DNA from: Asterias rubens
Taxonomy: Eukaryota
Direction: 5' to 3'
Assembly (NCBI RefSeq): GCF_902459465.1
Contig: NC_047063.1
Coordinates: 1,116,001 to 1,180,000 of the forward strand
DNA: 64,000 nt
Shown here in pieces: positions 20,478 through 33,295 of the stretch. Positions within the stretch are counted from its first letter, which is position 1. The number at the start of each line of letters is the position of its first letter. The position numbers and the translations under genes are program-made. Under the pieces are notes generated by a model. It was given only the letters and a program-made list of their open reading frames with translations, had not been told where the DNA came from and searched no databases.

Positions 20478-22949
20478 TAAAAATGCATTTTCTGGTATTT
20501 TCTTACTTTCTTTGGCCTGTAGTAGGCGTGTAATTTTGAGGGTACTTTGACATTAATATTTGGGGGTAGGCTACTATATTAAAACTTGTAAATATATATA
20601 ACAAATGGGAACACAATCTGAAGAAATCACATGTTGAAGTTTTAAGGTTGGATAACAGATTTTAGGTATTCTGTTGCAGTCACTGAATATATAATGCAAA
20701 TGAAATCCATTTTGGAAATGAAGAGTTTTGCCACCACTTTATTTCTCAATTAAATATAAAGTTAACAAAATAATAACAATGAATCAGCGTTTCATGAGTG
20801 TATACAATGATACTGATGTTAATAGTAGGAGATACATTCTAAAACTTTGCACAACTTTTACATTCTGAACAAAAATATGTTTGTAAAGAATCTTAATAAC
20901 ATAACTTAAGGGGGCTAATTAGAGGGCCAATTTCCAAGCTGCACATTTTCAGCAAATAATAATAATGTGCCCTATGGTAATTTATTCTGAATGATAATCT
21001 ATGGATTAGTATATACTGCAAGGCTTAGCTGACAAGCTCAAGATACATTGTAATTGGTTTGTTTTGACTGGGAAGCAAATACAGGGCTCAAAACAACATT
21101 TCTTCAATATTAAAACAAAAACACAAAGCCCTTATGGTATGGGGTTCTGGGCCATTAAGCGGGCCCAGCAAAATTTTGATTCTAGATGCTCTGTGATGCA
21201 ATCTGAGGCGACTCCTGGTCACTTTGCCCTTTATATTGTGAGCAAAAGTTGTATAGAGTGTATGATAAGAAGATTCTGATGTGCTTATTTCCATTTCAAT
21301 ACAAACGCTATCTGGTTCAGGGCCGCTAAAGGGCCCCTACATGGAAATTGCTATACAGGCTCTCTGGTTAAATCAAGGACAGTTCAGAAGCATTTTACAA
21401 GGTTTACACACTATTGTTTACACATTTTTAAATTTAAAATTTGCTTTGTTTGCCTTTCAATTAACTTTTGTTCAGTTGGGGAAAGTAAAGGGGGGGGGGT
21501 GTGTCTGCTATACCCACCCGTAAATACGCCCCTGATTTTTTGAAAAGGGATTATTCAACTAAATTTCATGACAATAGTAGAGTTACATCCCAATGTGTAT
21601 ATTTCATATTTTTTGATTAAAACAGAAGATGAATTTAAAATGTTTTTCTATATTTATACATGTCCTTATAAAATACTGCATGCAAGTAGTTTTATATTAT
21701 AAAAATGTACAAAGTGCTCTTGAGTTGATCTGAGTCTGGTCCCCTTTTTATTTGACTTTCTTAAGTGTTGAAAGCCAATAATGTAAACAGGGAACCTGGT
21801 GTGATCATGCTGCCCAATACTTTCTTTTCAATTCTATGCAAACTATTTGTGCTAAGTTATTCACTAGTGACTTAAAGTGTTTTTATCTGTGCACAGCCAC
21901 AACCATGGGTACACTTTTAGTTATGAACAACAACATTAAGAACTCATTTTTCATTGAAGACACATTCAACGAAAGCTCTTAAAGATCATCATCAGATAAA
22001 TAAGGTGAATTATAAATTAGTTAGAATTATCTTTTAAATTAGTAGTTTTCACTCTGTTGTTCAACATGAGGCATATCCCCCAAAATGAAGTATACCACAA
22101 TTGTAGCTGTGCACACTTTTAATGACATCTAATATTGTATTATTCTAAACCTGTATTATGTTTATTGAACATACAGTTGTCTTTCATGTTTTGAATTCAT
22201 TTTTATCCATTTGTTTGAATGGTTATAGACTCAATAGACCATGCTAGTCTTGCATGTATTCAAATTCATAAAGTAGTGACTTGCTCAGTAGCAGTAAAAG
22301 TGTTGTGAGATTTTTAAATGAATGGTGCCAATAAGCAATGCAATGTTTTTTCAAATATAAATTAACCAGAATTATTACATCTACAATGTGTACAGTCTTT
22401 ATGTCATTTTTCTGTTTGAATTTCTTTCCTTTCAACTTAATAGAGCCTTCTCACTGGCCTCGTATTTCTATAGCAAAGCTGGAGTAATCTGCACATATGT
22501 AGGAAAAGTACACAAAGTGCCATCCAATGAGATGGTGTTTCTTAGTTCATGCAGTTAAGGTAACATATGTGTGTATGATGTGCCCGTGGAGGTACTCCAA
22601 CATGACAGGTTAAATAGTGACTTCATCTGAGAAGGGTCTATATGAGGGTCTGTCCCAACTACTTGGTCTCAATTTGGGATAGGTCCAATCATTATCAATT
22701 ATTGGGAGTGGATGGCTTTTAATCTAAAGTTTTGCCACTTCACAAGGCCCTGAATTTTTATTTTGGAGAAGGCAAGGCCATTTTCATTTTGCAAAAAGAA
22801 CTTCCACTTGAAAAAGAAAAAATTACATGTATATGGACTTTTTTTTGAGGGGCACTAAGGCCAAGACTAGGCCAAAGGCTATGCTCAACTTTTGTTATAG
22901 ATTTATTGAAAACTATAGTCTAAATAAGTGAAGGCCTTAGATTTTCAAA

Positions 22950-25900
22950 TCAAGAGTTTTGGTAGTTGTAGTGATGTGGCTGTGTGTTATACATCCCATT
23001 ATAAGCACCGTTATAATAATCTTCTTGATGAAATCCTGGGGGAATATACTGGTTATGATGATCGACTTGGTTGGGAGTTGTAAATGATGTGTAGTCAGGC
23101 ACCCCATAATAACTAGCAGATGGCTGCAGCTCATAGGGACTTGGTAACCACCAGCCATGGGCTATAGCTGAGTCATACCGGTAGTCAGGGTGCCGGGTCT
23201 GCTGGGGTTTATTATCACCACTGCCCTCGCTTGACAAATCATCATCAGGTGAATCTTGGCTTTCAGCAGAACTTACGTCATCAGAACCAGAGTCCGTTGA
23301 ACCAACATCAGAATCAATAGCTACACTTTCAGGTTTAAGGTATTGCGTGTAGGACTGCCAAATTGGATCAGCGCCCAGGTTTGACTCATCTGGACATGTC
23401 TTGTCAGAAGAGTCAACAGAGTCTGTCTGCAATGGATCCTTTGAAGTCCTTGTTCTCCCTGGTGCATTTGAAGTTACCCTAGTTGGTTTGGTCCAAGTTG
23501 GCTTGCAACCAGAACCTTGAGATTTTCCACAGATTGATCTTTTGACAGCTGGCAATGGACTGAATGTTTTTTGTGATGGTGCTGTTTTATCAACGCAGTT
23601 TTTACTTCTCACAGCCTCTGTCGGATTGCGTTGTCTTATGTGCCATGGTCTGACAGACACAGTTTCAGGGATGTGATTACTAACATTTTGTTCAGGTAAA
23701 GATGTACTTGTTTGATGCATAGGAGCACTGTGCATCTTTGTTCTTATGCCATCAACAACCAATGGCTCTTCCGTAGCATCATCACATTCGCTACTATCGG
23801 AATTATTGGCAGCTGAAAAACCATCAGTGTTTTCAGGTACAAGACTACTGTGGAAATCTTGAGATGGCCTCCATGAAAAGCAAACTTTCTCTTTCATTTC
23901 CGATGTTTCTGTTTTCATTGACATTTGATCGTTCTTTTCACATCTATCTCCCTCCTGCACGGCTACACTTACTGCACTCTCTGCAGAAACATTCCTTTCT
24001 CTTGAATTGGCAAGGCTGTGGTTAATGGGAACAAAAACTGCATTGATTCTGTCATCTTCTTCATAGGCTATTTTGAAGTCATTCTCGCTTATAGATGATG
24101 CCATCGATGGTGAGTCAGCCACTCTAAAGTCAGAAGATATTCTCTTGGTCATCTCTTCTTCTTTCTCCTGGAACGGAGTGTCTCCGTCATCTTTAGTCTT
24201 GGATGTTGCCGTTGATAAACCAAAAGGTTTCAGTCTTTTATCGTCTTCTTGCTGGACAATATCCACATCATCTTTACTCTCGGATGCTGTCCTGTATGAG
24301 TGATAAATCTTCTCTCCTTCAGTGACTGCATTGTATAGAGAAGAAGTCCCAGCTAGGACCTCATCTCCAAGCTCATTGCTGGGAACAGCAAAATCATTGC
24401 TCATGTTCAAAGTACCCACCAATGTTACATCAGCTGTTCCTCCGTTAACATAACCCCTGCCAATCGATCTTACATTGGTTACTGTCCCTTTACTTGTGAC
24501 CCCTACATCATTCTCATTGCCACCTTTGTCATCAGTTGTTGCATTATGAGATGACGTAATGCTCCTTAGACTCTTTGGATTAACCCCTTCTTGGCTGAGT
24601 GTTTCTGCATTGAATGATAACAGTGAATCTTTCTTCATTTGATTTGTCCCCGAGTTGTCACTCCCTGGTTCTTCTGATTGCGATGGTATTACAACATCTC
24701 CTCCAGGATCACTCAACGCAACTACAGTCTGGACTAATCCAGCGTTCCGATACCGTTCTCTAAATCCGTCATCTTGAAGATGCGATGTAACATCACAGCA
24801 TTCTCTACATCCGCTCATAAACTGTTCAAAATCTGCAGTGGCTTTCTGCCAGGTCCATGTATCTTGTTGAGATCTCCGTCCAACTTTCTCAGCCAAGGAG
24901 GGAATCTTGAAATTGATTGGGCTTCGTATGTTGAATGGTATACTGTGATTGTTAATCCCACTCATTGTGAAGGTCGAGGGAGTTGTATCATGTGATTTCA
25001 GAGGTGGTTTAACTGCAAAGTTTGATTCGGGATTCTTGCCAATATTGCCTGCCGGACCATTTAGACTCATTGGACCAAAATCCTCCCTTGCTCTCTCACA
25101 AGAGGGCGCTCTCTCCAGTGTCTTTGAATGCTCATAGTCGTTGATCTCTGATTGTGATTCATCGGTTTCTTCAAACTTGTTGTCATCTGAGATATTCTCT
25201 GTGTCATTCCCATCGCATGTAACGGATGATCCACTATTGGCTGTCACATCTAACTCATTCACAATGACATCAATGGAATTCACCAAGTCTGATGGCACAG
25301 GGTCTGTTTAGATGAGAAGAAAAACAAAGAATATGTACATCACATTACTTGCATCAAATTCTCAATATATAATACAAATAGTTTAAGTTTTATTATTGCC
25401 TTCATACTAAACAATAAGTTCTTATGTATATATAGGCTGTCTATCGCTAAGCATTAATGACTATGTAGAGCAAACAAGATAAAAACAAATGATGCAGGCA
25501 CAACTCGATGGATCAAGAGAAGGTAGATAGCTCATCAAAAAGAGTGAGTTCTGACACAGGCTCGCTCATGAGAGATGAGACCAACTCTGGCAGTGATTTG
25601 TCGTCCACAGAAACGACATGAGAGTTCTTATGTAGTGCTTTAAATACCTGTGTCTCAAATATTTTAATCTTTAAGACAGGTACGCCCAGTTTGTGAATAA
25701 TGATACCCATTTATATACCACCTTGTAATGATTTACAAGGTGATGTGGCACACTCTCCTGCAAATCCAATTCTTAATCTAATGAGATTTATGGAGACACA
25801 ATGTACTCTCTCCCTGAGTCTGATGCTATCGACCGTTAGGCCATGGGATGCCACAAAGGGACCGAGGCCCAACCGCATGACTTGGGTCAGGAGAAATAAT

Positions 25901-28900
25901 AGATGCTTAAAGGCACTGGACACTATTGGTAATATATAAACTTACTTGGTTAAACAAGCAATGGAGAGCTGTTGATAGTATAAAACATTGTGTGAAACGG
26001 CTTCCTCTGAAGTGATGTATATTTTGAGAAAGAAGTAATTTTGCACTAAAATATTTGAATTGATTTTGAGACCTCAGCTGAGGTCTCAAAGACAAGCATC
26101 TGCAACCACAAAACGTGTGCGAGTAAGGGTGTCTTTTCTTCCATTATTCTCTCACAACTTTGACGACTAATTGAGCTCAATTTTTCACAGGTTTGTTATT
26201 TTATGCATATGTTGAGATACACCAAGTTGGAAGACAAGTGGTCTTTGACAATTACTAAAGGTGTCCAGTGCCTCCTTTAAGTGTCTCGCTCAAGGACACA
26301 AGTGTTATGATCAGGATTTTAACCCACAATCGTATGACTAGGCTATCTGAACTTGAGCCCGATGCTCTAGACCACTAGACCACGACATGCCAAAAGAAAC
26401 TTATGCCTCATCGAACCCACACTCCAATGACAAGGCCAGCCAAACTTTAGGTCATGTATCAACAAGTTTCTATGAATATAACCTACCTGGCAAGACCCGT
26501 AGTTTGACTCGGCACTGTCGCTGGATGTTTCTCAGCAATGATTCCTCGTTCCCCTCGCTGGCCAGTGTGACTGCAACACCCTTACTGCCGAAACGACCAG
26601 CCCTCCCAATGCGATGAAGATAAGTCTTACCATCAGAGGGTACGTCTAGGTTCACGATGAGGTTGACATTCTCTGCATCAATGCCTCTGGCTGTCTGCAT
26701 TAGAGAAAAGGACATTCCAATCTATAAAAAAATCATCTACAAAAAAAGGAATTAACTGCTACTGCCCATCACTGCATTTTAATTAAAATAACAATAGATA
26801 CTTATGAGGTGCTTTTTAATCGTCATATCAAAGTGCCTTCCACTATTACTGCCCCAGTTCATTGGGCATTAAGAATTCCTAAAACCTTCTCAACTCCTTA
26901 GGAGTATGCAGCACAGGCAGCCAAAATGGCACACAGTTTGCTAATCATTCACATCAACAACCTCTACCCTCACAGGTACCCATTTTACTCCTGGGTGATG
27001 AGAAGCAATTATAGTTAAGTATATTGCCTAAAGAACACAAGTGCCACAACCAGGATCCTGGGACCACTATCCTCATTGCTAGAGAAGAAGAAAAAAGAGA
27101 GCATGATTTCTTTATGTCTACAGAAAGTGATAGTTTTTCTTCATGAGGCAGATATAAAATAGTTTTAATTCAGATTAATATCTGCCATCCCTGATGAACC
27201 CCCCCCCCCAGAAATTTGATAGCTCTGAAAAAGAAGCCCCAGCTGGAGGTTACTTCCACAATTAAACACAAAATGCACACTCACCAAATCAGTTGATATG
27301 AGAACACGACACTGAAATGTCTTGAGCATTGACATTGCATTGAGTCTGTGGGTCTGGTCTTGGTTGCCTGATATACAAGTACTTGGCCATCCATTCTCGC
27401 ATAAGATATCTGAGAGATTTTGAGCTCTGAAAACAAATAATAAATAAATATAAAAATGAAGCTATTCATCTTAGAATGAGTGCCAACAAATTGTGCCTGC
27501 TGGAAGTCAAGGCCCGGGAGCCCTTTTGTTAACATGCTCCCCTCCCCCAACCTATGTTTGCACAATAGTGAAGGTGCATACAAGGATTTTTGTAAAGGCC
27601 ACAAAATAAATGATAATTAAAGGAACACGGTCGAGTTGGTCTTTGAAAAGCGTTCTGTAACTGTTTGTTATAAAATCGGTATGGTTAGAAAGATATTGTA
27701 AAAGTAGAATACAATGATCGACACAAATATGCCTCGAAATTGCGTGGTTTTCGTTTTACCTCGTCGACAAACACGGTCGGCCATTTATGGGAGTCAAAAA
27801 TTTGACTGCCATAAATGGCCGACCGTGTAAGTTCGCGACGTAAAATGAAAACCGTGCAATTTTGAGTGATACTTGTGTGGATACTTGTGTGGATCATTAT
27901 ATTCTACTTTAAAACATCTTTCTAACCATATGCATTTCATAACAAACGGTTTCAAACGCTTTTCATAGACCAACTCGTCCGATCCAAGGCAACGTGTTCC
28001 TTTAAGCTTGTGTGTGGCTAACGGCCCTTTGGAGTAAAAGTTCCAATGTACAATTGAGATAAACTACTTTAGCTACCCGGACTGAAGCTAAGAAACTGGA
28101 TCTCAGACAGTTTAAGCTTTGTTTACTTGCATGTACTGACTGTACAATTGCTGTCTGGGGTGGTGAGAGCTAGTGGTGCAATGTTGTACAAACGAGAAAA
28201 ATGAGTGATCGATAGGCTCGATATAAAAAAAAAACAGAATAGAAATTCAATTTTGGTTTTTACCCATACACCGCTGCGTGTCAGCACTGTATACTCAGTA
28301 CTTTCCCGAGTCCTATGAAAAAATATCACAGGCATGTTACTCGGGTGGGATTCGAACCCACGACCTTTGCAATTCTAGAGCAGTGTCTTACCAACTAGAC
28401 TACCGAGGTTGCCCGGCAGCTAGAGGCAGTTCGAATCCTGCCCGATTAGGATTCGAACTGCCTCTAGCTGCCGGGCAACCTCGGTAGTCTCGTTGGTAAG
28501 ACACTGCTCTAGAATTGCAAAGGTCGTGGGTTCGAATCCCACCCGAGTAACATGCCTGTGATAGTTTTTCACAGGACTCGGGAAAGTACTGAGTATACAG
28601 TGCTAACACACATCGGTGTATGGGTAAAAACCAAAATTGATATTCTTTATCCCCGATGCAAATTTGACATCTAGAATAGAAATTGTTATGGTTTAGTTTT
28701 TCCTCACACTGATCAGAACAAAAATGAAGTCTGTACAAATTGTCCTCACAACAAGGTATTAAAGACACTGGACACTATTGGTAATTGTCAAAGACCAGTC
28801 TTCTCACTTGGTGTATCTCAACATATATGCATAAAATAACAAACCTGTGAAAATTTGGGCTCGATTGGTAGTCGAAGTTGCGAGATAATAATGAAAGAAA

Positions 28901-31900
28901 AAACACCCTTGTCACACGAAGTTGTGTGCTTTCAGATGCTTGATTTCGAGACCTCAAAATCTAATTATGAGGTCTCAAAATCAAATTCGTGGAAAATTAC
29001 TTCTCTCTCAAAAACCTTGTATTTCAGAGGGAGCCGTTTCTCACAATGTTTAAGACTATCAACAGCTCTCCATTACTTGCTACCAAGAAAGGTTTTATGC
29101 TAATAACTATTTTGAGTAATTTCCAATAGTGTCCACTGCCTTTAAGAATATCCTCCATTCCCTTGTCCTCCCCCCTGGACACTCAACTAACCTGCTGGAT
29201 AGATTGGAGAAGACCAGACACTGGCTAAATGACATCTGAGTTAGTAACTGCAGTAAGTGGTTGACCTTGATCTCAAATGCCTTGTGGTATAAACCATGAC
29301 CAGGAACCACTTTGTAGAACTGCTTGATGCCTGTTAAAAACATAAAAATTGAAACAAAGATATATTAGCGTGGCGTGTCGTGGCTAAGCAGTAAAGAGCA
29401 CCAGACTCAAGCTCTGGTGTTTCTGATCAGCAGAGTGTGGGTTCAAGTCCCAGTTGTGACACCTGTGTCCTTAAGCAAGACAATTAACCATGATGCTTCG
29501 ACCTTCAGATGGGGCATAAAGCAGTGGTCCTGTGTTTGTGTAACGTAAAAGAACCCAGTGCACGTATCGAAAAAGAGAAGGGGTTCACCCTGCTGTTCCT
29601 GGTTTGATCAGCAACATATTGCCACACCACTTTGTAAACCATTACAGGGTGCTTTAAAGAAATAGGCCCATACTTCAAAATGTAGCTCCACATACCTTGC
29701 AGGAAAAAATGCTGAGCGTTTTGATACGTCCCTTAGGGATGTGATAAAGCGCTATATAAGAACCAAGTATTACTATAAGAAGACTTTTGAACACTTTGTG
29801 GACAAGACATACAAGATAATTGCTCATTGTGTACAAACTTCTGTAGCATGTGCACATCTTAAAGACACCAGATCTACACAGTACCTTTAAGAGCCAGATG
29901 CCTAGGGTTTAGTCGTACAAATGTTGGATCTCTCATGTAGGTAGTCAAGCTCTTAGCTAATGCTTCAGGGTATGTTGCTGACAGGGCCAACATCTGCTTG
30001 CTGACTGGTAAGCGGTTATATATCCAGCTATAAAGCAAGAACATGAAATAAGAATGAAATGACCTTGCCCTCTCAAAGATGACAATTCCATGTGGAGGTA
30101 TTGAGGTTCAGGGTGGTGAGATTGGGTCGGTGAAGGCTGGGGTGGTGAAGGCTGGGGTGGTGACGTTGGGGTGGTGAAGGTTGGGATGGTGAGGTTGGGG
30201 CGGTGGAGGTTGTGACAGTGGAAGTTTGGGTGTTGAGGTTGGGATAATGGAGTTTGGGGTGGTGAAGGTTTGGGGCAGTGGTAGTTTGGGGCAGTGAATG
30301 TTTGGATGGTGGAGGTTGGGGTGGTGAGTAATTAGTGGTGAGGTTGGGGATTGTGACTCACTGAAAGGGTTAAGGTCAAACATTGTTCCCTACCTCTTCT
30401 GTAAGAGTGAACTTACTTGATTTGGTCTTGAAACTTCTCATCCAATAGTTTATCGGCCTCATCCAGGACAAAGAGTCGAATGCCGTCAGTTGGCATGGCA
30501 TCATATTCAATCAATTGCTTCACTCGTCCTTCAATGTTAAAACAAAGGTCAACTTAGAAAGGTTTCAAACAGATGCATTTCGCTTACATGTACCACACAC
30601 TTTAGACTTGTGATGGATTCAGAAATACAAAATATTCATTCTGGGAGGTGATAGGTTAAATGGGATTGGACAACAATGCAAGGTGAATAGAACCAAAATG
30701 CACAGTTTATGACCAGGCATTGCAATGGTTTGCTTAATGAATGTCACTGTAAATACAATAGAATTGGTGCAGTCAGCCAGAAAAAGGTGCCACAATCAAA
30801 TCTGCCATGTTGAAATACTCAGAAATCTTGGCACACACTTTCCTAATTTAAGCCATGGTTCATCCAGGTTCTTCCAGTCAAAGACTGTTGGGGAGGATCA
30901 AGAGTTAGGATTATCAAAACTACCTGGTCCTGATCAATAAATTGTTTATTTTGTGAGGAATACAATCTTGACAATGATGAGTTTATTGACAGGTAACGAG
31001 TGAAGGGTGCGAATTAAAGACCCCTTACATAGGCTGCCAACACTAATGTCCACGCGTGAAGAGCTATCGTTGGCTGAGAGTCAATGCAAGGAGTCCATTG
31101 AAACTATTTGTTGCCCGGATGATGTAAGCCATTACCTGGTGTGCCAACAGCCACATGGCATTTCTTCAGCTTTTGACGATCAGGCCCAAATAATGTCCCT
31201 CCAATGAACGTGTGACATCTTAGACCTTGCAAACATCCCCCAATGGCCTGTATAACACCTTGGACCTGTGTAGCAATCTCTCGTGTTGGAGTCAAGACAA
31301 GAGCTTGAACATTCCCACACTGAAGATCCAGACTCTCCAAGATTATCACGCTGAAAACACATGTCTTCCCCGTTCCTGCTTTAGCTTGTACAATCAAATC
31401 TGTAGTTTTCATATAGGAAAAAAAACGTCAAATTGATTAACATGCTCATCATAAAAAAAATACCAAAGTCTTTTTATGGGTAACTATAAATCATAGATAC
31501 AACTTCAACTACAATGCATTGTTGGCCCCTGGCCCAATTTCACCAAAACTTTCCCCACATACTCAATATACATCCATAATGCTTGTATTTCCTTTTTGTT
31601 GAGTGAAATAAATAAAAAAATCGTAAAAAAATGAAATTTTCTGCTCGGTACTCACTGTTGTTTTTCTGTTGCATCGCACGTTTTTTGACTTCTCAATATG
31701 CTCAACGCTTTATCTTTTGGCCACTCCCATGCGCTGTACACCAGCCTACTCGTCGAACTGCCGAGCCACAACTGAGTTGGACTAAACCATTTTGTAGAAG
31801 GGGTGTTGTTGTGCGGCAGTGTGTGTGCGCTTTATGCGTGAACGGCAGGCATCGTAAGCGGACAGCACGCCCGTCTTGCCGCGTAACACCCCTTCTACAA

Positions 31901-32857
31901 AATGGTTTAGTCCAACTCGGTCGTGGCTCGGTAGTTCGGCGAGTAGGCTGGTGTACAGCGCTTGGTGATCGAGTGACCAAAAGATAAAGTGTTGAGCATA
32001 TATAGAAGTCAAAAAACGTGCGATGCGGCAGAAAAACAACAGTGAGTACCGAGCAGAAAATTGCATTTTTTGACGATTTCTTTTTAGTTCCACTCAACAA
32101 AGAGGAAATACAAGCATTATGAATGTATATTGAGTATGTGGGGAACGTTTTGGTAGTGTAGTACAAAGGAAACTTCAGTTATTGATGGCTAATGGTCGTA
32201 AAACTTTCACCTATCAACGCTGATTTGAAAAACGTATAGCGTTAAGGAGGCCCAAATTATTAGACCCCTAGGCTCACTAGGCTCACAGGGGAGCCTTATT
32301 AGTTTCTAGAAGTACAGTACAACCTAACCAGTTGCTATCGTAAATTAAGTGTTACTATATAAGTAACAATACAATAATTAATCGTAACCCTCATCAATTA
32401 AAAGTCAAATATTATATTCAAACACCAAAGTCAAACATATTTTTGGATAACATTCCGTATGGCGCCACCACTTTTTCACTAATTTTTACAAAAAAGGATA
32501 TCTCATTGAGGTAAATTAGATACTATATTATTTCATATCGAATGAAAAAGTGGTGGCGCCATACGGAAACTTTTCCATATTTGTTTTCTAAATATTGGAT
32601 AAACACTAAACATGCAGCACTATAGGCCTGTGTAATTGGAAGTTTTTCACCAAATATGATTCATTACCAAGGCCACATCTCCCAATGGGTATTGCTTTCA
32701 ACTGGATTGGTGACGGACGCTCAAAACCCGCAAGTGACAGGCCTTTCAAAACGTCTCCAGACAACAACAACGATGCAAAATCAATGTTGACATTCTCGAC
32801 ATTTAAAACATCGCTAGTGCGGTCTTTCGAAGCGTAATCGTGTGCCGTTTTCGACAT
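22950..32857 (-). CDS. DDX20: DEAD-box RNA helicase DDX20 (Gemin3), 8 coding exons, about 1183 aa
   Basis: Exons 32857-32668, 31399-31136, 30528-30417, 30027-29885, 29330-29192, 27426-27285, 26694-26487, 25303-22950 (3552 nt, phases consistent). Motifs [74 protein letters not shown]. An in-frame upstream ATG at 32899 is possible. Confidence 0.96.
25911..26276. mobile_element. TTAA-flanked non-autonomous DNA element (Kolobok-like termini), family A copy
   Basis: ttaa|AGGCACTGGACAC ... GTGTCCAGTGCCT(CCT)|ttaa. Superfamily label is inferred from the TTAA target and AG..CT ends. Confidence 0.75.
27621..28001. mobile_element. TTAA-flanked non-autonomous DNA element, family B
   Basis: ttaa|AGGAACACG ... 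CGTGTTCCT|ttaa, with an internal hairpin CACGGTCGGCCATTTATGG ... CCATAAATGGCCGACCGTG at about 27772-27827. Confidence 0.75.
28247..28640. repeat. Near-perfect palindrome of two head-to-head tRNA-derived repeat units
   Basis: Arms 28247-28439 and 28448-28640 (193 bp each, about 6 mismatches, no net indel), 8-nt loop. Each arm has A-box-like (TAGTCTAGTTGGTAAG) and B-box (GGTTCGAATCCC) motifs. Confidence 0.9.
28763..29141. mobile_element. TTAA-flanked element, family A copy
   Basis: ttaa|AGACACTGGACACTATTGG ... CCAATAGTGTCCACTGCCT|ttaa; internal sequence matches 40771-41148. Confidence 0.8.
29371..29776 (+). mobile_element. tRNA-derived SINE
   Basis: A-box-like TGGCTAAGCAGT, B-box GGTTCAAGTCCC, body matching 37820-38240, tail AAAGCGCTATATAAG...TATTACTAT. 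Confidence 0.75.
30095..30352. repeat. G/T-rich degenerate tandem repeat (about 15-bp unit GGGGTGGTGAAGGYT) in DDX20 intron 3
   Basis: Repeated GGGGTGGTGA(A)GG runs. Explains the spurious Pro/His-rich ORF 30108-30383. Confidence 0.85.
31542..32315. mobile_element. Foldback-type element with long inverted arms in DDX20 intron 1
   Basis: Arms at about 31542-31807 and 31885-32155, about 77-bp spacer. The right side continues to 32315 and matches 55107-55576 in reverse. Confidence 0.75.
32453..32568. mobile_element. Small MITE-like inverted repeat
   Basis: TTCCGTATGGCGCCACCACTTTTTCA ... TGAAAAAGTGGTGGCGCCATACGGAA, perfect 26-bp inverted ends. Confidence 0.7.
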
Positions 32858-33295
32858 TATTGGAGTTGCTGAAACAAGTCTTCTCCTACATTTATTCAAA
32901 TCAAAATTCCGGTCTTACAATCCTTCAAAATGACAATCGTTTCAAGAGTGAAATCGAGCACCACGTAGAACACGGCATGCACCATGGAGGCCGCCATTTT
33001 TAAATGTCAAGGGTTACAGGTCAAATTAAACTACCGCCGGTATTTAATGACATTTTGACAAATCCCATTGGTCAAGGCAACCGTAATGATAACAGATTGA
33101 CCAATCACGGAAGCTGTTACTTAACACAGCTTCACCGCCCACTACTACCGGAAGCGATTTATCAGAACTCAACTTCCTAGTTCAGTGTGTTGAAGTTCGT
33201 CGCCGCCCACTAAAGAAAGTGATATTCAAGGTGGACATCAGGAAGTGAAACAAACAGAATTTAACTGTAGATGTTGGATTGACTGCCGTGGAATC
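32858..33295. promoter_or_regulatory. Divergent (bidirectional) promoter region DDX20/twinfilin
   Basis: 438 bp between opposing ATGs. Contains YY1-type GCCGCCATTTT (32990-33000), CCAAT boxes on both strands (about 33064 and 33101) and ETS-type CCGGAAG / CAGGAAGT (about 33148 and 33239). Confidence 0.65.

Noticed and set aside
25513-25939. Short ORFs in DDX20 intron 7 as an extra exon or gene
   Set aside because: The DDX20 frame joins 26487 to 25303 directly (LPDPVP), there is no strong splice pair, and the peptides resemble nothing known.
28340-28547. Functional tRNA genes (Ser AGA or amber-suppressor CTA reading)
   Set aside because: Short acceptor stem, mismatched anticodon stem, no long variable arm expected for Ser, no T-run terminator, and embedded in a repeat; treated as tRNA-derived.
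31631-32166. Mirror-image ORFs on both strands
   Set aside because: An artefact of the inverted repeat arms; no protein motifs.
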